Shown one piece after another: positions 30,134-39,432 of a stretch of 64,000 nucleotides of DNA. Source of the stretch: Gammaproteobacteria bacterium. GTDB lineage: Bacteria > Pseudomonadota > Gammaproteobacteria > CBDBNL01 > JAAOII01. How positions within the stretch are numbered: the stretch's first letter is position 1; each line of letters starts with the position of its first letter. A program made the position numbers and the translations under genes. The stretch is from positions 32,001 to 96,000 of the forward strand of contig OZ242372.1 in the NCBI GenBank assembly GCA_965209035.1, read 5' to 3'. Under the pieces are notes generated by a model. It saw only the letters and a list, made by a program, of their open reading frames with translations, ran no database searches and was not told where the DNA came from.

Positions 30134-30505
30134 ATGAAAAAACTTTACATACTAACATTATTACTATTACTACCCGGCATCTATGCCCAAGCTGTCTATG
30201 CGGAATGCCGTGCCGGCTACACGCATGATGTGGGCTTTGCTTTTACCGGTAGCAACTCTGAAAGCCGGAACAACCCGGATGACCCTGACTTTGTAACGCA
30301 GGAACGTGATTATGAGAGCAACGGTCTCGTGATTGGCGGCGAACATTGCGTCTTGAATGGTGCCAACTATGATCTTTATGTGGGTTGGGGGCTTTCAAGT
30401 TCCAGAGCCACCTTTACAGACACACGGGCAGATAACGGCAACCGAGTATCCCAGGGGAGTGCTGCCGGCACCGGGTCATCTTTGGGGATCGGTTTTAGAT
30501 GGTAA
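30134..30505 (+). CDS. Small secreted protein, outer-membrane beta-strand type
   Basis: AAGGAG RBS; Sec signal MKKLYILTLLLLLPGIYAQAVYA; ends LGIGFRW (OMP-like C-terminal signature). Confidence 0.6.
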   Translation: MKKLYILTLLLLLPGIYAQAVYAECRAGYTHDVGFAFTGSNSESRNNPDDPDFVTQERDYESNGLVIGGEHCVLNGANYDLYVGWGLSSSRATFTDTRADNGNRVSQGSAAGTGSSLGIGFRW

Positions 30506-30513
30506 CCGGGTTG

Positions 30514-30561
30514 TGCTTCGGGCTTTGGCGGTATTACTTTCTTTGTTGGTTCTGCGGTGCT
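30514..30561 (-). repeat. 48-bp copy of the 5' end of the MTase gene (33250-33297)
   Basis: Encodes STAEPTKKV(I/T)PPKPEA; 1 mismatch to the MTase copy. Confidence 0.9.
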
Positions 30562-30606
30562 TGTTTTCGGCACAGCCATCCTAAATATTAAACATATGGC
30601 TGAAAG

Positions 30607-31230
30607 TTACCAGGCATAGCCGATAAGAAAAGCGATGTTCTGAATACTGAAATCTTCCAGTTCTCCGGTTATATCAACAGATTCGCCAAAACCGCTAATA
30701 CTGTCTGCTTTTAGATCTTCAGGCAGAGTGTATATTAGGTGTGGCCCCAAAGACAGACCGGAAGTAAAAACATGCTGATAACCCAAAGTAAATGTGGGAA
30801 GAAGAGTGCGTTCAAATGTGACTTCAACATCATCAGTTACAAATGTGCCCTGCACATCATGGATGGTGGAAGTCAAAGATGCACTCATCAAGCCACCACC
30901 GAAATAAAAGCCACTAGGAAAATGATAACGATAACCTGCTAATAAGCCTGCCAACTGATGTGTGGCAGCATAACGCTCATCGGTTTCATCAAATACTTCT
31001 GTAAACAAATAATAGTCCAATGCAAAAGCATGAGTACTACCAAAGTCAAGAAGGATACCAACACCGCTTTTAGCATCAGCACTTATCTCTCTGTCCTTAT
31101 ACTCAAAACTCTGCAGTGAATCTGCCAAATAACCGCCAGAGATTAAGAGGTTAACACTACCGGCAGCGTATGTCCCGGAAGCAAAAAATAATGTTATTAA
31201 AACGATCACTAAGTAAATAAACTTTTTCAT
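30607..31230 (-). CDS. Outer membrane beta-barrel protein (small, about 8-stranded type)
   Basis: Sec signal; alternating hydrophobic strands (AGYRYHF, LGYQHVF); ends FLIGYAW. Confidence 0.7.
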   Translation of the reverse strand: MKKFIYLVIVLITLFFASGTYAAGSVNLLISGGYLADSLQSFEYKDREISADAKSGVGILLDFGSTHAFALDYYLFTEVFDETDERYAATHQLAGLLAGYRYHFPSGFYFGGGLMSASLTSTIHDVQGTFVTDDVEVTFERTLLPTFTLGYQHVFTSGLSLGPHLIYTLPEDLKADSISGFGESVDITGELEDFSIQNIAFLIGYAW

Positions 31231-31285
31231 AATTTTCTTATTTTGTTTTGTCCTTTAATTTTCATCATATTAATCATTATACCAT

Positions 31286-31458
31286 TTTTGTAATGACATC
31301 TGACTGTTTTTAAGGTTGCCCTCTTTGATCCTCTGTTGGGCGATATCACAATATTCCTGCGATATGTCTATGCCCGGATAGTTTCTACCGGTTCTATTGG
31401 CAACAAGCGTCGTTGTTCCTGCTCCGTTAAAAGGATCCAGTATAAAATCACCGCGGAA
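31286..31458 (-). pseudogene. 173-bp duplicate of the MTase 3' end (32321-32493)
   Basis: Ungapped alignment, 8 mismatches counted by eye; encodes FRGDFILDPFNGAGTT...QMSLQ. Confidence 0.92.
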
Positions 31459-31482
31459 TAAGATAAAGTTGTTGCCTATTTG

Positions 31483-32292
31483 TTAACTGCCTCGCAGATA
31501 GCCATATTGCTCAATCATTTGATTTGTAGTCAAACTTCTCTTATTCCAAAGATGTTGCTTAATGGATTTTAGAAGATGTTCAACAACATCTGGTTGTATC
31601 TTATTTGGGTTCTTCTTGGGGCGACATTTTCTAAGGACATAAATATTATCTATTTGTGAAGTTTCAATGTCCACCTTATCACTGACATCATAAGTTTCTG
31701 CCACTATGTAAAACAAGCACCACGGATTGCCATTCTTAATTTTACTTGCCGTTGAAACACTGCCTTCCGGCATTGTTTTATCCAAGTAAGTTTTGCATTC
31801 TATGCAGACAATCGGAACAAAAATTTTGTATTCTTTCCCGTCGCCGGTTGTTAATTTTTCAATTTTGAAAATACCAACATCTTGATTCTTTTCATTGACC
31901 TTCAGTTGCAAGTTACTCTTAAAACTTTCTTGATCAGTATAGTGGAAATACATGCTGGAATAGGCTTTTACGGGACCATATTGCAAAACATCATTCCCTA
32001 ATTCATTTTTAAGTATTTGGCAAAGGTATTCCTCCAAAACAGTTGAAGAAAATTTACTTTGTGCCGAATACTTTATACCCAGTTCCGCTTGAGTGTTAAT
32101 AAAATCTTTATACGCATTAAATGATGCTGTTGCTCGCTTTAGGTCGCCCGAAGTAATTGCCCGGTAAAACTTTTGATACTCTTCAAAAAATGAGTTAATA
32201 TCTTTGGTCTCTCTTTTTGCCAGTATATTGCGACCATGGATATGTCTCTTGTCAAGTTGTTCTAAAAACCTTATTTGTTCTTTGGTAAGCAT
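31483..32292 (-). CDS. Bpu10I-family type II restriction endonuclease
   Basis: QSKFSSTVLEEY, KNQD, CIECKTYLDKTM, QIDNIYVLRK; directly downstream of an MTase gene. Confidence 0.78.
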   Translation of the reverse strand: MLTKEQIRFLEQLDKRHIHGRNILAKRETKDINSFFEEYQKFYRAITSGDLKRATASFNAYKDFINTQAELGIKYSAQSKFSSTVLEEYLCQILKNELGNDVLQYGPVKAYSSMYFHYTDQESFKSNLQLKVNEKNQDVGIFKIEKLTTGDGKEYKIFVPIVCIECKTYLDKTMPEGSVSTASKIKNGNPWCLFYIVAETYDVSDKVDIETSQIDNIYVLRKCRPKKNPNKIQPDVVEHLLKSIKQHLWNKRSLTTNQMIEQYGYLRGS

Positions 32293-32313
32293 AGCCGTGC
32301 CGGTAATTGATGA

Positions 32314-33300
32314 TTACAAGTTTTGTAATGACATCTGACTGTTCTTAAGGTTGCCCTCTTTGATCCTCTGTTCGGCAATATCACAATATTCCTGCGATAT
32401 GTCTATGCCCAGATAGTTTCTGCCGGTTTTATTGGCAACAAGCGTCGTTGTCCCCGCTCCGTTAAAAGGATCCAGTATAAAATCACCGCGGAAACTGAAC
32501 AGTTTTAGAACCCGGTTGGCAATTTCTTCCGGGAACATCGCCGGATGTCCGTATTTCTTCATATTGCGCTCCGGGGCGACAGACCACTTGGCAAGAACCC
32601 ATGTTTTGAACTCATCTATGGTGATGTCTATATTCTGTTTATCGCCCTCTTTTTTCAAGATTCCCTTACAAAACACCTCTATGAACTCCCAAGTGTACTT
32701 GAGATACGGACTACTCGGGCTATGCCAACTACCCCAAGCGGTATATTTGCAGTTATAGTTATTCTTTTCCCACAGAATTTCACCCTTCCAAATCAGCCCC
32801 CTATCCATCAAATGCTTACTAATTAAATGATGACTCGGTATGTAATCCGAAAAAAGTGGCTGAACATTCACAACCAGCCTACCGCCATGTTTGAGAACAC
32901 GGATACACTCATCCAATACGGCAAACAACTGATTAAAGTATTGTTCCCAATCCATGGCATCCGACGCGGTTCCATACTCCAAGCCAAAATTATATGGCGG
33001 TGAAGTGAAAACCAGGTCCGTGCAGTTGTCCGGCATCTGTCGCAGGACATTCAAACTGTCCCCGCATAAAATCTTATTTTTCAGATCTCCTGGCACCGCA
33101 GAATTGTTGTGAGCATCTTGTTTGGCAAAGGCACCATTCGCATAAAAATACTTGCCGCGAACCTCTTCCTTGACTTTTCTGTTCTTAACCTTGCGTTCGA
33201 CACGATAGACTGCAAATTCTTCCTTGCTCTTTGCAGTTCTTGGGGACATTGCTTCGGGCTTTGGCGGTGTTACTTTCTTTGTTGGTTCTGCGGTGCTCAT
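32314..33300 (-). CDS. Beta-class DNA methyltransferase (SPPY, probably N4-cytosine)
   Basis: FTSPPYN, TAWGSWHSPSSPY, HPAMFPEE, ILDPFNGAGTT. Confidence 0.92.
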   Translation of the reverse strand: MSTAEPTKKVTPPKPEAMSPRTAKSKEEFAVYRVERKVKNRKVKEEVRGKYFYANGAFAKQDAHNNSAVPGDLKNKILCGDSLNVLRQMPDNCTDLVFTSPPYNFGLEYGTASDAMDWEQYFNQLFAVLDECIRVLKHGGRLVVNVQPLFSDYIPSHHLISKHLMDRGLIWKGEILWEKNNYNCKYTAWGSWHSPSSPYLKYTWEFIEVFCKGILKKEGDKQNIDITIDEFKTWVLAKWSVAPERNMKKYGHPAMFPEEIANRVLKLFSFRGDFILDPFNGAGTTTLVANKTGRNYLGIDISQEYCDIAEQRIKEGNLKNSQMSLQNL

Positions 33301-34208
33301 TTGTTACCGGGCGTGTTGTTATTCTTGCTTTGCCGGATCTTGCGACGACATTTCTTTATTGCTTCCGGGTTTCCGTAATATTTTTTCAGTTTCTCCAATA
33401 ACAGGATGATCATCAGTAAAATCTCTATTTTTGTAATTTCTGTTTCCTCAGGGTGTGCGCCCTTATTTCCAACTTCCCGAATGTAATCATATGCTTCTTC
33501 ATAGCATTCCGGGCATGATTTTTTCAAGATATTGATCCTGTTAGATAATGACACTTTTTTGTTTTCCTTTTCCTTTACCTTTAGTCCGTAAAGATCCTCT
33601 AACATCGCTTCTAAGCAGACGCGAAGGCGCACTCCCCCTGTTGACGGATGTTGTGCACAGAGTTTATAAGCACTTTGCCAAATAGTAATAATTTTTTCTG
33701 GAATAAGTCCTGGCGTTTCTTTTGAATACTTATTAATATATTCTTCCACACATTTCTCTATACATTCCCCAACTATCTTTAAAGGTTCCGAAGGATCTTT
33801 TGTTATTACCGGATCTTTCGATGGAACAACGGGACTTGGTTTTCTCGGAATAGAAAGTACGGACAGGTTTATTCCCAAGATAACATGAGGATGCAGCCGG
33901 AAGGATACCAGCTTGTTAATCGCCGCCCTATTTGTCCCGTTCCCCATGTCTCCAAAATATTCATACTTTCCATTGCGAGAATATTCCTTGGCAATCTCTT
34001 TGAGCTTGTCAATATCTATGTTGTAAAGATCTAATATTACGCCTCCTTCTTCATTTTCCGCCCAATGGATGGCTATTTTGTCAATTCCATAAACATAAGA
34101 TTCGATCGTAATAATCGTATGCGGACTGCCGTTCTTACCGACGGTTCGCATCCATCTTATGAAATGAGTAGTTGATATTCGTGTGTTGAGCAGCTTTTCC
34201 ATAAACAA
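33297..34208 (-). CDS. DUF4145 (HEPN-like) domain protein with an additional N-terminal domain
   Basis: C-terminal LRVCLEAML...LSNRINIL...IREVGNKGAH (RxxGNxxxH); 4-nt overlap with the MTase start. Confidence 0.7.
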   Translation of the reverse strand: MFMEKLLNTRISTTHFIRWMRTVGKNGSPHTIITIESYVYGIDKIAIHWAENEEGGVILDLYNIDIDKLKEIAKEYSRNGKYEYFGDMGNGTNRAAINKLVSFRLHPHVILGINLSVLSIPRKPSPVVPSKDPVITKDPSEPLKIVGECIEKCVEEYINKYSKETPGLIPEKIITIWQSAYKLCAQHPSTGGVRLRVCLEAMLEDLYGLKVKEKENKKVSLSNRINILKKSCPECYEEAYDYIREVGNKGAHPEETEITKIEILLMIILLLEKLKKYYGNPEAIKKCRRKIRQSKNNNTPGNK

Positions 34209-34259
34209 TTTTAATCCTCGGTGTCGTTCATCGTTTTTTTGCTGCTAAACATCCAAACA

Positions 34260-35138
34260 TCAATACTCCATTTCGTGCCTTGATAAGTGTTGCGGCAATC
34301 CTATAATCTGCACATCAAACTTAAGGGAAGGTGTTACCTTGCTCTCTGCGTTGTGTATTCTAAAGGACATTTGCCAACCCTTATCAAAATAGTACATAAG
34401 CGTTGTTTTGGAAGATTGTGTATGCTGTGCTATAGTAGATGGAAGGGATAATTTTTTACCCCATTTAAGAGTGCGGTTGATATTGAAGGATTGAATGACC
34501 GCCTTGCCGTTCTCTTTCGCTACTTTGTAGAAGTCATAATACCCCAATAAATAATGCAGTAGGTTTTTCGGCACATTATCCTTATCCATAGCATAAATGC
34601 GTTGCATTTCCAAGTTGAAGGCGTGCAATATCGGCACATAAAATCGGTCCTCTTTATCGGGTATATCTCGCCATAATTGATTTCTCTTCTTTCGGCTGCG
34701 CATTTGTTCAAACAAAGGCACGACTGCATCCCAATATTCTTGCGATACATTATGCCCCAACCATTTTTTGCCAAAATCTATTTTGTCTGACAGTCGAGGA
34801 TTCTTAACTCCAAAATGTCTGTTTTTTGCCGATATTCCTATTTCTTCCCCGGGCGTTTCAATAATCAGGTCTCTTACATCCCCCTTGCCGCCCTCTTGGT
34901 CTGATTGCATTCTGACCGTGCAATGTTGTTGTTTTATTCTTGTGTCGTGTCCGATCAGAAAGATGACAATTTTCTCGGCGGCCTTCATGATCTTATCCCG
35001 CTCTGCATCACTACACCGGTTGAAATAAGAGCGACTATTTTCCAAATACCCGCTTTGCACCGGCGTGACCCCTGCTATCTTTTGCAGTTGGTATGCAATG
35101 CCGTACTCAAATCCCTTACCACTTTGTACTTGGCTCAA
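34260..35138 (-). CDS. HaeIII-family type II restriction endonuclease
   Basis: GKGFEY, QSDQEG..GDVRD, IGISAK..H...K.PRLS..IDFG..W, SFRIHNA.S...PSLKFDVQ. Confidence 0.8.
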   Translation of the reverse strand: MSQVQSGKGFEYGIAYQLQKIAGVTPVQSGYLENSRSYFNRCSDAERDKIMKAAEKIVIFLIGHDTRIKQQHCTVRMQSDQEGGKGDVRDLIIETPGEEIGISAKNRHFGVKNPRLSDKIDFGKKWLGHNVSQEYWDAVVPLFEQMRSRKKRNQLWRDIPDKEDRFYVPILHAFNLEMQRIYAMDKDNVPKNLLHYLLGYYDFYKVAKENGKAVIQSFNINRTLKWGKKLSLPSTIAQHTQSSKTTLMYYFDKGWQMSFRIHNAESKVTPSLKFDVQIIGLPQHLSRHEMEY

Positions 35139-36010
35139 GCGACCCTCTCCAAATCGTGAGACAGCACCACTATTTCGTTAGATTTTTTACTGTTCCCCAT
35201 TCCATATTTCCAGCCCGCCCTTAAGATTGGATAATCCTGATACCATTTTCTTATGGTAGGACAATCGTTATAGGATAGTATCCAGTTATCTCGTTGGTCC
35301 AGCAGTTCTTTTAGTGATTCGTGGTTGAACCCTGCGTGCGTATCTCCTTTCACCCCGTATAGTTTTTGCCCGTTAAGGTATGGCGGGTCAAGATAAAGAA
35401 AAGCATCCGGGTTATCGGCGATTGATTGCCGATAGTCCGCTTTCTTTACCGTAAAATTGTCTGTCGCAAACTCTCTTAGTTTCTCCATTGAACTTTGATT
35501 AAAACGGGGATGCCCTATGGACATACCGCCCGAGAGAGTAATCCCCGAAAATGACGACCGATTGAGCACATAAAATACCGCCGCCCGCTCTAAGGCATTT
35601 TCAAGCACGGGAAACCTTCGCTGCAAAGCATAGAATTGCGTTCTCTCCAACGGATGATATTCCTCTACCCTATCGGCCAGCTTATTGGGGTCATCTAACA
35701 GGCATTGCCAAAAGTCCACCAGCGGCGCAAATATATCATATCCCTTAACCTCCAGACCCGCCGCTACGCAAGCCAATTCAATGGAAGCCCCCCCTACAAA
35801 CGGGGAGCATACCACTTCAGTCTCATTCGGTATCAAAGGCAGTATCTGCGATACCGCTCTGCTTTTGCCACCCGGGTACCTCAAGGGAGAGCGCATATAT
35901 TGACCGGGTAGATCAACATCACCCACACAGGTATGCTGACGAATGGTTTGTACTCCGGCTTGATGTTCGAGATCTAAAATTTGTTGAGCGACCATAGTGT
36001 ATTTTGCCAA
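35135..36010 (-). CDS. Dam-family (alpha class, D12-type) N6-adenine DNA methyltransferase
   Basis: SPLRYPGGKS, SPFVGGASIE, NRSSFSG, YLDPPY, WILSYND; 4-nt overlap with the REase start. Confidence 0.9.
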   Translation of the reverse strand: MAKYTMVAQQILDLEHQAGVQTIRQHTCVGDVDLPGQYMRSPLRYPGGKSRAVSQILPLIPNETEVVCSPFVGGASIELACVAAGLEVKGYDIFAPLVDFWQCLLDDPNKLADRVEEYHPLERTQFYALQRRFPVLENALERAAVFYVLNRSSFSGITLSGGMSIGHPRFNQSSMEKLREFATDNFTVKKADYRQSIADNPDAFLYLDPPYLNGQKLYGVKGDTHAGFNHESLKELLDQRDNWILSYNDCPTIRKWYQDYPILRAGWKYGMGNSKKSNEIVVLSHDLERVA

Positions 36011-36086
36011 ACTATAATAATTTGTTCTATGTCTCTATTCTATTACGGCTTTAACAGAAAAAGGAAGTATTGCCATTCTCTACCAA

Positions 36087-36269
36087 TTATGGTTGAATGC
36101 CTGCTTGTCCAATAGAATTAGCATTTCTTTTTATGTCATCGATCTCACGTCTTACTTCGGATTCATTTGAACATACCTTTATTGCCGTGGCTACCGGTTG
36201 TCTTCCATTCATAAGCACCCAACGATAACCATCTTTAACCGGTTCTATAAGAAAATAATATTGCTGCAT
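36087..36269 (-). CDS. YegP/DUF1508-like small protein
   Basis: F.I...KDGYRWVL..G...VA.......ES....EI..IKRNA pattern. Confidence 0.6.
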   Translation of the reverse strand: MQQYYFLIEPVKDGYRWVLMNGRQPVATAIKVCSNESEVRREIDDIKRNANSIGQAGIQP

Positions 36270-36372
36270 AACTTGATTTATTTAATATGGTTAATTGTTA
36301 ATCTTTATTATAACTGGGTGCAACTAATAGATGTCAAACTTTTCTAAGATGATATTCCCCGCATCCGATACA

Positions 36373-36717
36373 TCATTTTCGGGTAGTTTCCCATTCGCGA
36401 AACTCAACGAAGCAGGTTATCGCTGCACTATATGTTCCGTGTCCCTTTCTTTCCTCGCCAATTTCTTCGTGTTCACCCCCTTTTTTGTATTTACAAGCGA
36501 TTTTCCTAAGTTGCTCTAAATCATTGATAAGGTATAAATCTGTAATTTTTGTTTCATGCTGAGACCAGTGTTTAGAAAGGATAAAAATTGACCTGGCATA
36601 ATCTTTAGCCGTCCCATTTGTGTAGTGTTCACCGTGTTTCCTTTTATTCCAGGCAATTGTTTTTAGATATTCTATAAACTTTCTGGCATGCTCGGTATCG
36701 TACTTGCTTGTCATCAA
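36373..36717 (-). CDS. Hypothetical protein, homologous to the N-terminal domain of 33297-34208
   Basis: Shared F..(Y/W)...T...Y...I..(L/I)..HW...E......DLY...D...L..IA..Y...G.....G....G.GT..AAI...V.FR. Confidence 0.65.
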   Translation of the reverse strand: MMTSKYDTEHARKFIEYLKTIAWNKRKHGEHYTNGTAKDYARSIFILSKHWSQHETKITDLYLINDLEQLRKIACKYKKGGEHEEIGEERKGHGTYSAAITCFVEFREWETTRK

Positions 36718-36925
36718 TATTGAAATCAGTGATTTGATAAATGCCGTGTTTCTTTCATTTGGTTATTTTACTATTTATGCTCCTTCTCACCGCCCCACTC
36801 TTACATCTATACTAGTATTGGTGCATAATTGCATAATCTCAAAACAGATCTACTTCACTTACAATAAGGCATTAAATATCAAAACTTAACTACTTATTTT
36901 AATTTTTACCAAAGGAGTATTTCAA

Positions 36926-37408
36926 ATGCAACAAGAAATAAAAGATTATGTCACGGCTCTGGCAAGTTTTCTTGTCAAGAACAAGAAAAAGATGTCTTAT
37001 AAAGATCTAATTCAACACTTACGATTTAATGATATTTTGGAGTATAAGGAACCGATAGGTATCGGTCAAGGAATTGCTTCACTTTACCGTGGATTAATTA
37101 AAGAAGGCAAGGAAAAGGAGGCCGGTAATGTCGCTCTGGCCTTTTGTGGGCATAACAAAAAATATGCTTGGGATAAGGACGACCCCAAGATGTCCTTATA
37201 TCAAAAACAAGAAGGAATATGTGCCGGTTGCAATAAATTTTTTGTGCCCGGTAATCTCAGCGTAGACCATATAGTCCCCAAAGCCAAAGGAGGCTCGGAA
37301 GATTCAAAAAATCTCCAACTTCTTTGCCGTAGTTGCAATAGCATTAAAGGGGACCGCACTATGGACTATCTAAAAGAACAGTTAACAGCCAAAGGCTACA
37401 ACAAATAA
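36926..37408 (+). CDS. HNH endonuclease with an N-terminal helical extension
   Basis: CAGC...VDHIVPKAKGG...NLQLLCRSCNSIKG; AAGGAG RBS. Confidence 0.88.
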   Translation: MQQEIKDYVTALASFLVKNKKKMSYKDLIQHLRFNDILEYKEPIGIGQGIASLYRGLIKEGKEKEAGNVALAFCGHNKKYAWDKDDPKMSLYQKQEGICAGCNKFFVPGNLSVDHIVPKAKGGSEDSKNLQLLCRSCNSIKGDRTMDYLKEQLTAKGYNK

Positions 37409-37493
37409 AAACTCTGTGAATAACATTAACCATAAGCGTCTCCCAACACCTCAAGTCTAAACATAGCACCAAGGAAAATATAATATCACAGCA

Positions 37494-38729
37494 ATGACAT
37501 CATATAAAGGACTGTATCATGAAGCACTTTCGCGACTGGAAGACCTTAATAAAAAAATAGCAGATTTTCAAGAAACACAACAAGCTTGGGATACTCAAAA
37601 AAATAAACTACAAGAAGAATTAGAAGATAGCAAACATCTATTTCAACAACAACTAGATAGTAACAAGAAACAATTTCAACAGGCACAAGAAAATTGGGAA
37701 TCTCAAAAAAACCAACTACAAAAAGCATTAGAGAATAACGAGAATAAATTTCAACAAAAATTAAAGAATGACGAGAAGCAATTTCAACAGACACAAAAAG
37801 GCTGGAAGAATAAACATAATCAATTTCAACAAGAATTAGAGGATAATGAGAAGCAATTTCAACAGACACAAAAAGACTGGAATAATAAACATAATCAATT
37901 TCAACAAGAATTAAAGGGTAACGAGAAGAAATTTCAACAGACACAAAAAGACTGGGAATCTCAAAAAACCCAACTTCAACAAGAATTAGAGGATAGCAAG
38001 AATCAATTTCAACAAGAATTAGAGAATAAATTACAACAGGCTAGCCAAGATTTAGGAGATAAAGAAAAAGAGATAGACACATTCTTTGGCAAGATGAATG
38101 ATTTCTATGAGGGCGAAGAAATCGGTGAAATTATGGAGGATGGAAAAAAGAAAAGAACCGGGGGAATGAGAGGCAAGGTTAGTCTACTTCAAAAAGAATT
38201 CGAGGAATTGGTAGCAGATCGAACAAAGGAAGCTTTGGCAAAAATATTCGAGGAGCAAGCCGAGAAACATAAAAAGCGTTCCGATGTTGCTACGCTGTGG
38301 TTCAATAGTTCAATTATCGGATTAGTAGGTTTACTATTGGTGATTATCTCAGTTTTTGTATTTACAGAATTAACTTTTAATCTTTCTCTTTATCCTTTAT
38401 TTTCGATCGTAACTTTTGCTTCCGGATATCTTTTATTCCGTCTTAATAAAACTATTTCCGAAGAAACTCGTTTATTCACCGAATATACACACAAGCATTC
38501 TTTGGCAAAGGCATATACGGGATATAAAAAAGAAGCGGAAGGGAACGAGGATTTGCGCCAAAAATTATTATCCGATTTGACCGATGCCATCGCCCAAAAC
38601 CCTGTTCGTCTCTTATCAATTATCCACTCAAAAGAAAAAAACCCGCATCAAGAATTCGTGGATGGTATAAAAAAGACTGCTAAGTCCGCCAAACGACAAG
38701 TGAAAATACCCGGAATGGATTCGGATTGA
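37494..38729 (+). CDS. Long Gln/Glu/Lys coiled-coil protein with two C-terminal TM helices
   Basis: 25-aa (14+11) repeats FQQTQK.W..KHNQFQQEL..NEKQ; two hydrophobic segments followed by EYTHK..LAKAY.GYK. Confidence 0.75.
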   Translation: MTSYKGLYHEALSRLEDLNKKIADFQETQQAWDTQKNKLQEELEDSKHLFQQQLDSNKKQFQQAQENWESQKNQLQKALENNENKFQQKLKNDEKQFQQTQKGWKNKHNQFQQELEDNEKQFQQTQKDWNNKHNQFQQELKGNEKKFQQTQKDWESQKTQLQQELEDSKNQFQQELENKLQQASQDLGDKEKEIDTFFGKMNDFYEGEEIGEIMEDGKKKRTGGMRGKVSLLQKEFEELVADRTKEALAKIFEEQAEKHKKRSDVATLWFNSSIIGLVGLLLVIISVFVFTELTFNLSLYPLFSIVTFASGYLLFRLNKTISEETRLFTEYTHKHSLAKAYTGYKKEAEGNEDLRQKLLSDLTDAIAQNPVRLLSIIHSKEKNPHQEFVDGIKKTAKSAKRQVKIPGMDSD

Positions 38730-38736
38730 TTAGGCG

Positions 38737-39411
38737 GTGACAAACAAAAAGTTAAAGTTGGAGAATATCCTATGGCATCGCAAGTATCCTCAGATCATTC
38801 CGTATATCGGCTCCAAATATAAAGAGAAACGATTGTTATTGATCCTTGAAAGTCATTTTCTACCTGATGAAAGTAAAATTCACTTGGATCCGAAAGCTTG
38901 GTATGAAGGCGATGAATCACTTTTGAGTGAGGAAGAAAAAGGGTGGATATACACCAAGAAAACTATGAGAGGTCATGCCCTTTCACAACCCCAAAATACG
39001 GCGATACCAAAAGTTTATAAAGCAATAGAAGAAACCCGGCTATTCTCAAACTCAGATACAGATAAGGAAGATCCTTTTCCGTATTTTGCTCTGATGAACT
39101 ATTTTGTAAGGCCTGCTATATGTGGCAAAGGAATGGAACGAAGTTATGATAAAGAAGAGATATGGAAACATGATGTTGAACCGGCTAACGAAAGGCTGGA
39201 AAAAGTCGTTGAGATTTTAAAGCCTAAGGGAGTTATCTTTTTATCCTGCTTTGCGTATGACTGTTGCAATGACAGTGGTGGAATCTCCAAACTGAAAACA
39301 AGAGTGGGAGAAGATAAAGTGAGCCGTCAGTATCATCCCAGTTCCAGGGACTGGGATACAAAAGAAAAAGAAGAGTTTCAGCAATGTTTGCGTTCTTTTT
39401 GGAATTTATAA
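38737..39411 (+). CDS. Uracil-DNA-glycosylase-like fold protein (tentative)
   Basis: PYIG..Y...LLLILESH, NY..RP, ILKP..VIFL, terminal HPSS motif. Confidence 0.5.
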   Translation: MTNKKLKLENILWHRKYPQIIPYIGSKYKEKRLLLILESHFLPDESKIHLDPKAWYEGDESLLSEEEKGWIYTKKTMRGHALSQPQNTAIPKVYKAIEETRLFSNSDTDKEDPFPYFALMNYFVRPAICGKGMERSYDKEEIWKHDVEPANERLEKVVEILKPKGVIFLSCFAYDCCNDSGGISKLKTRVGEDKVSRQYHPSSRDWDTKEKEEFQQCLRSFWNL

Positions 39412-39432
39412 AACCAGTAAAAAAATAAAGCT

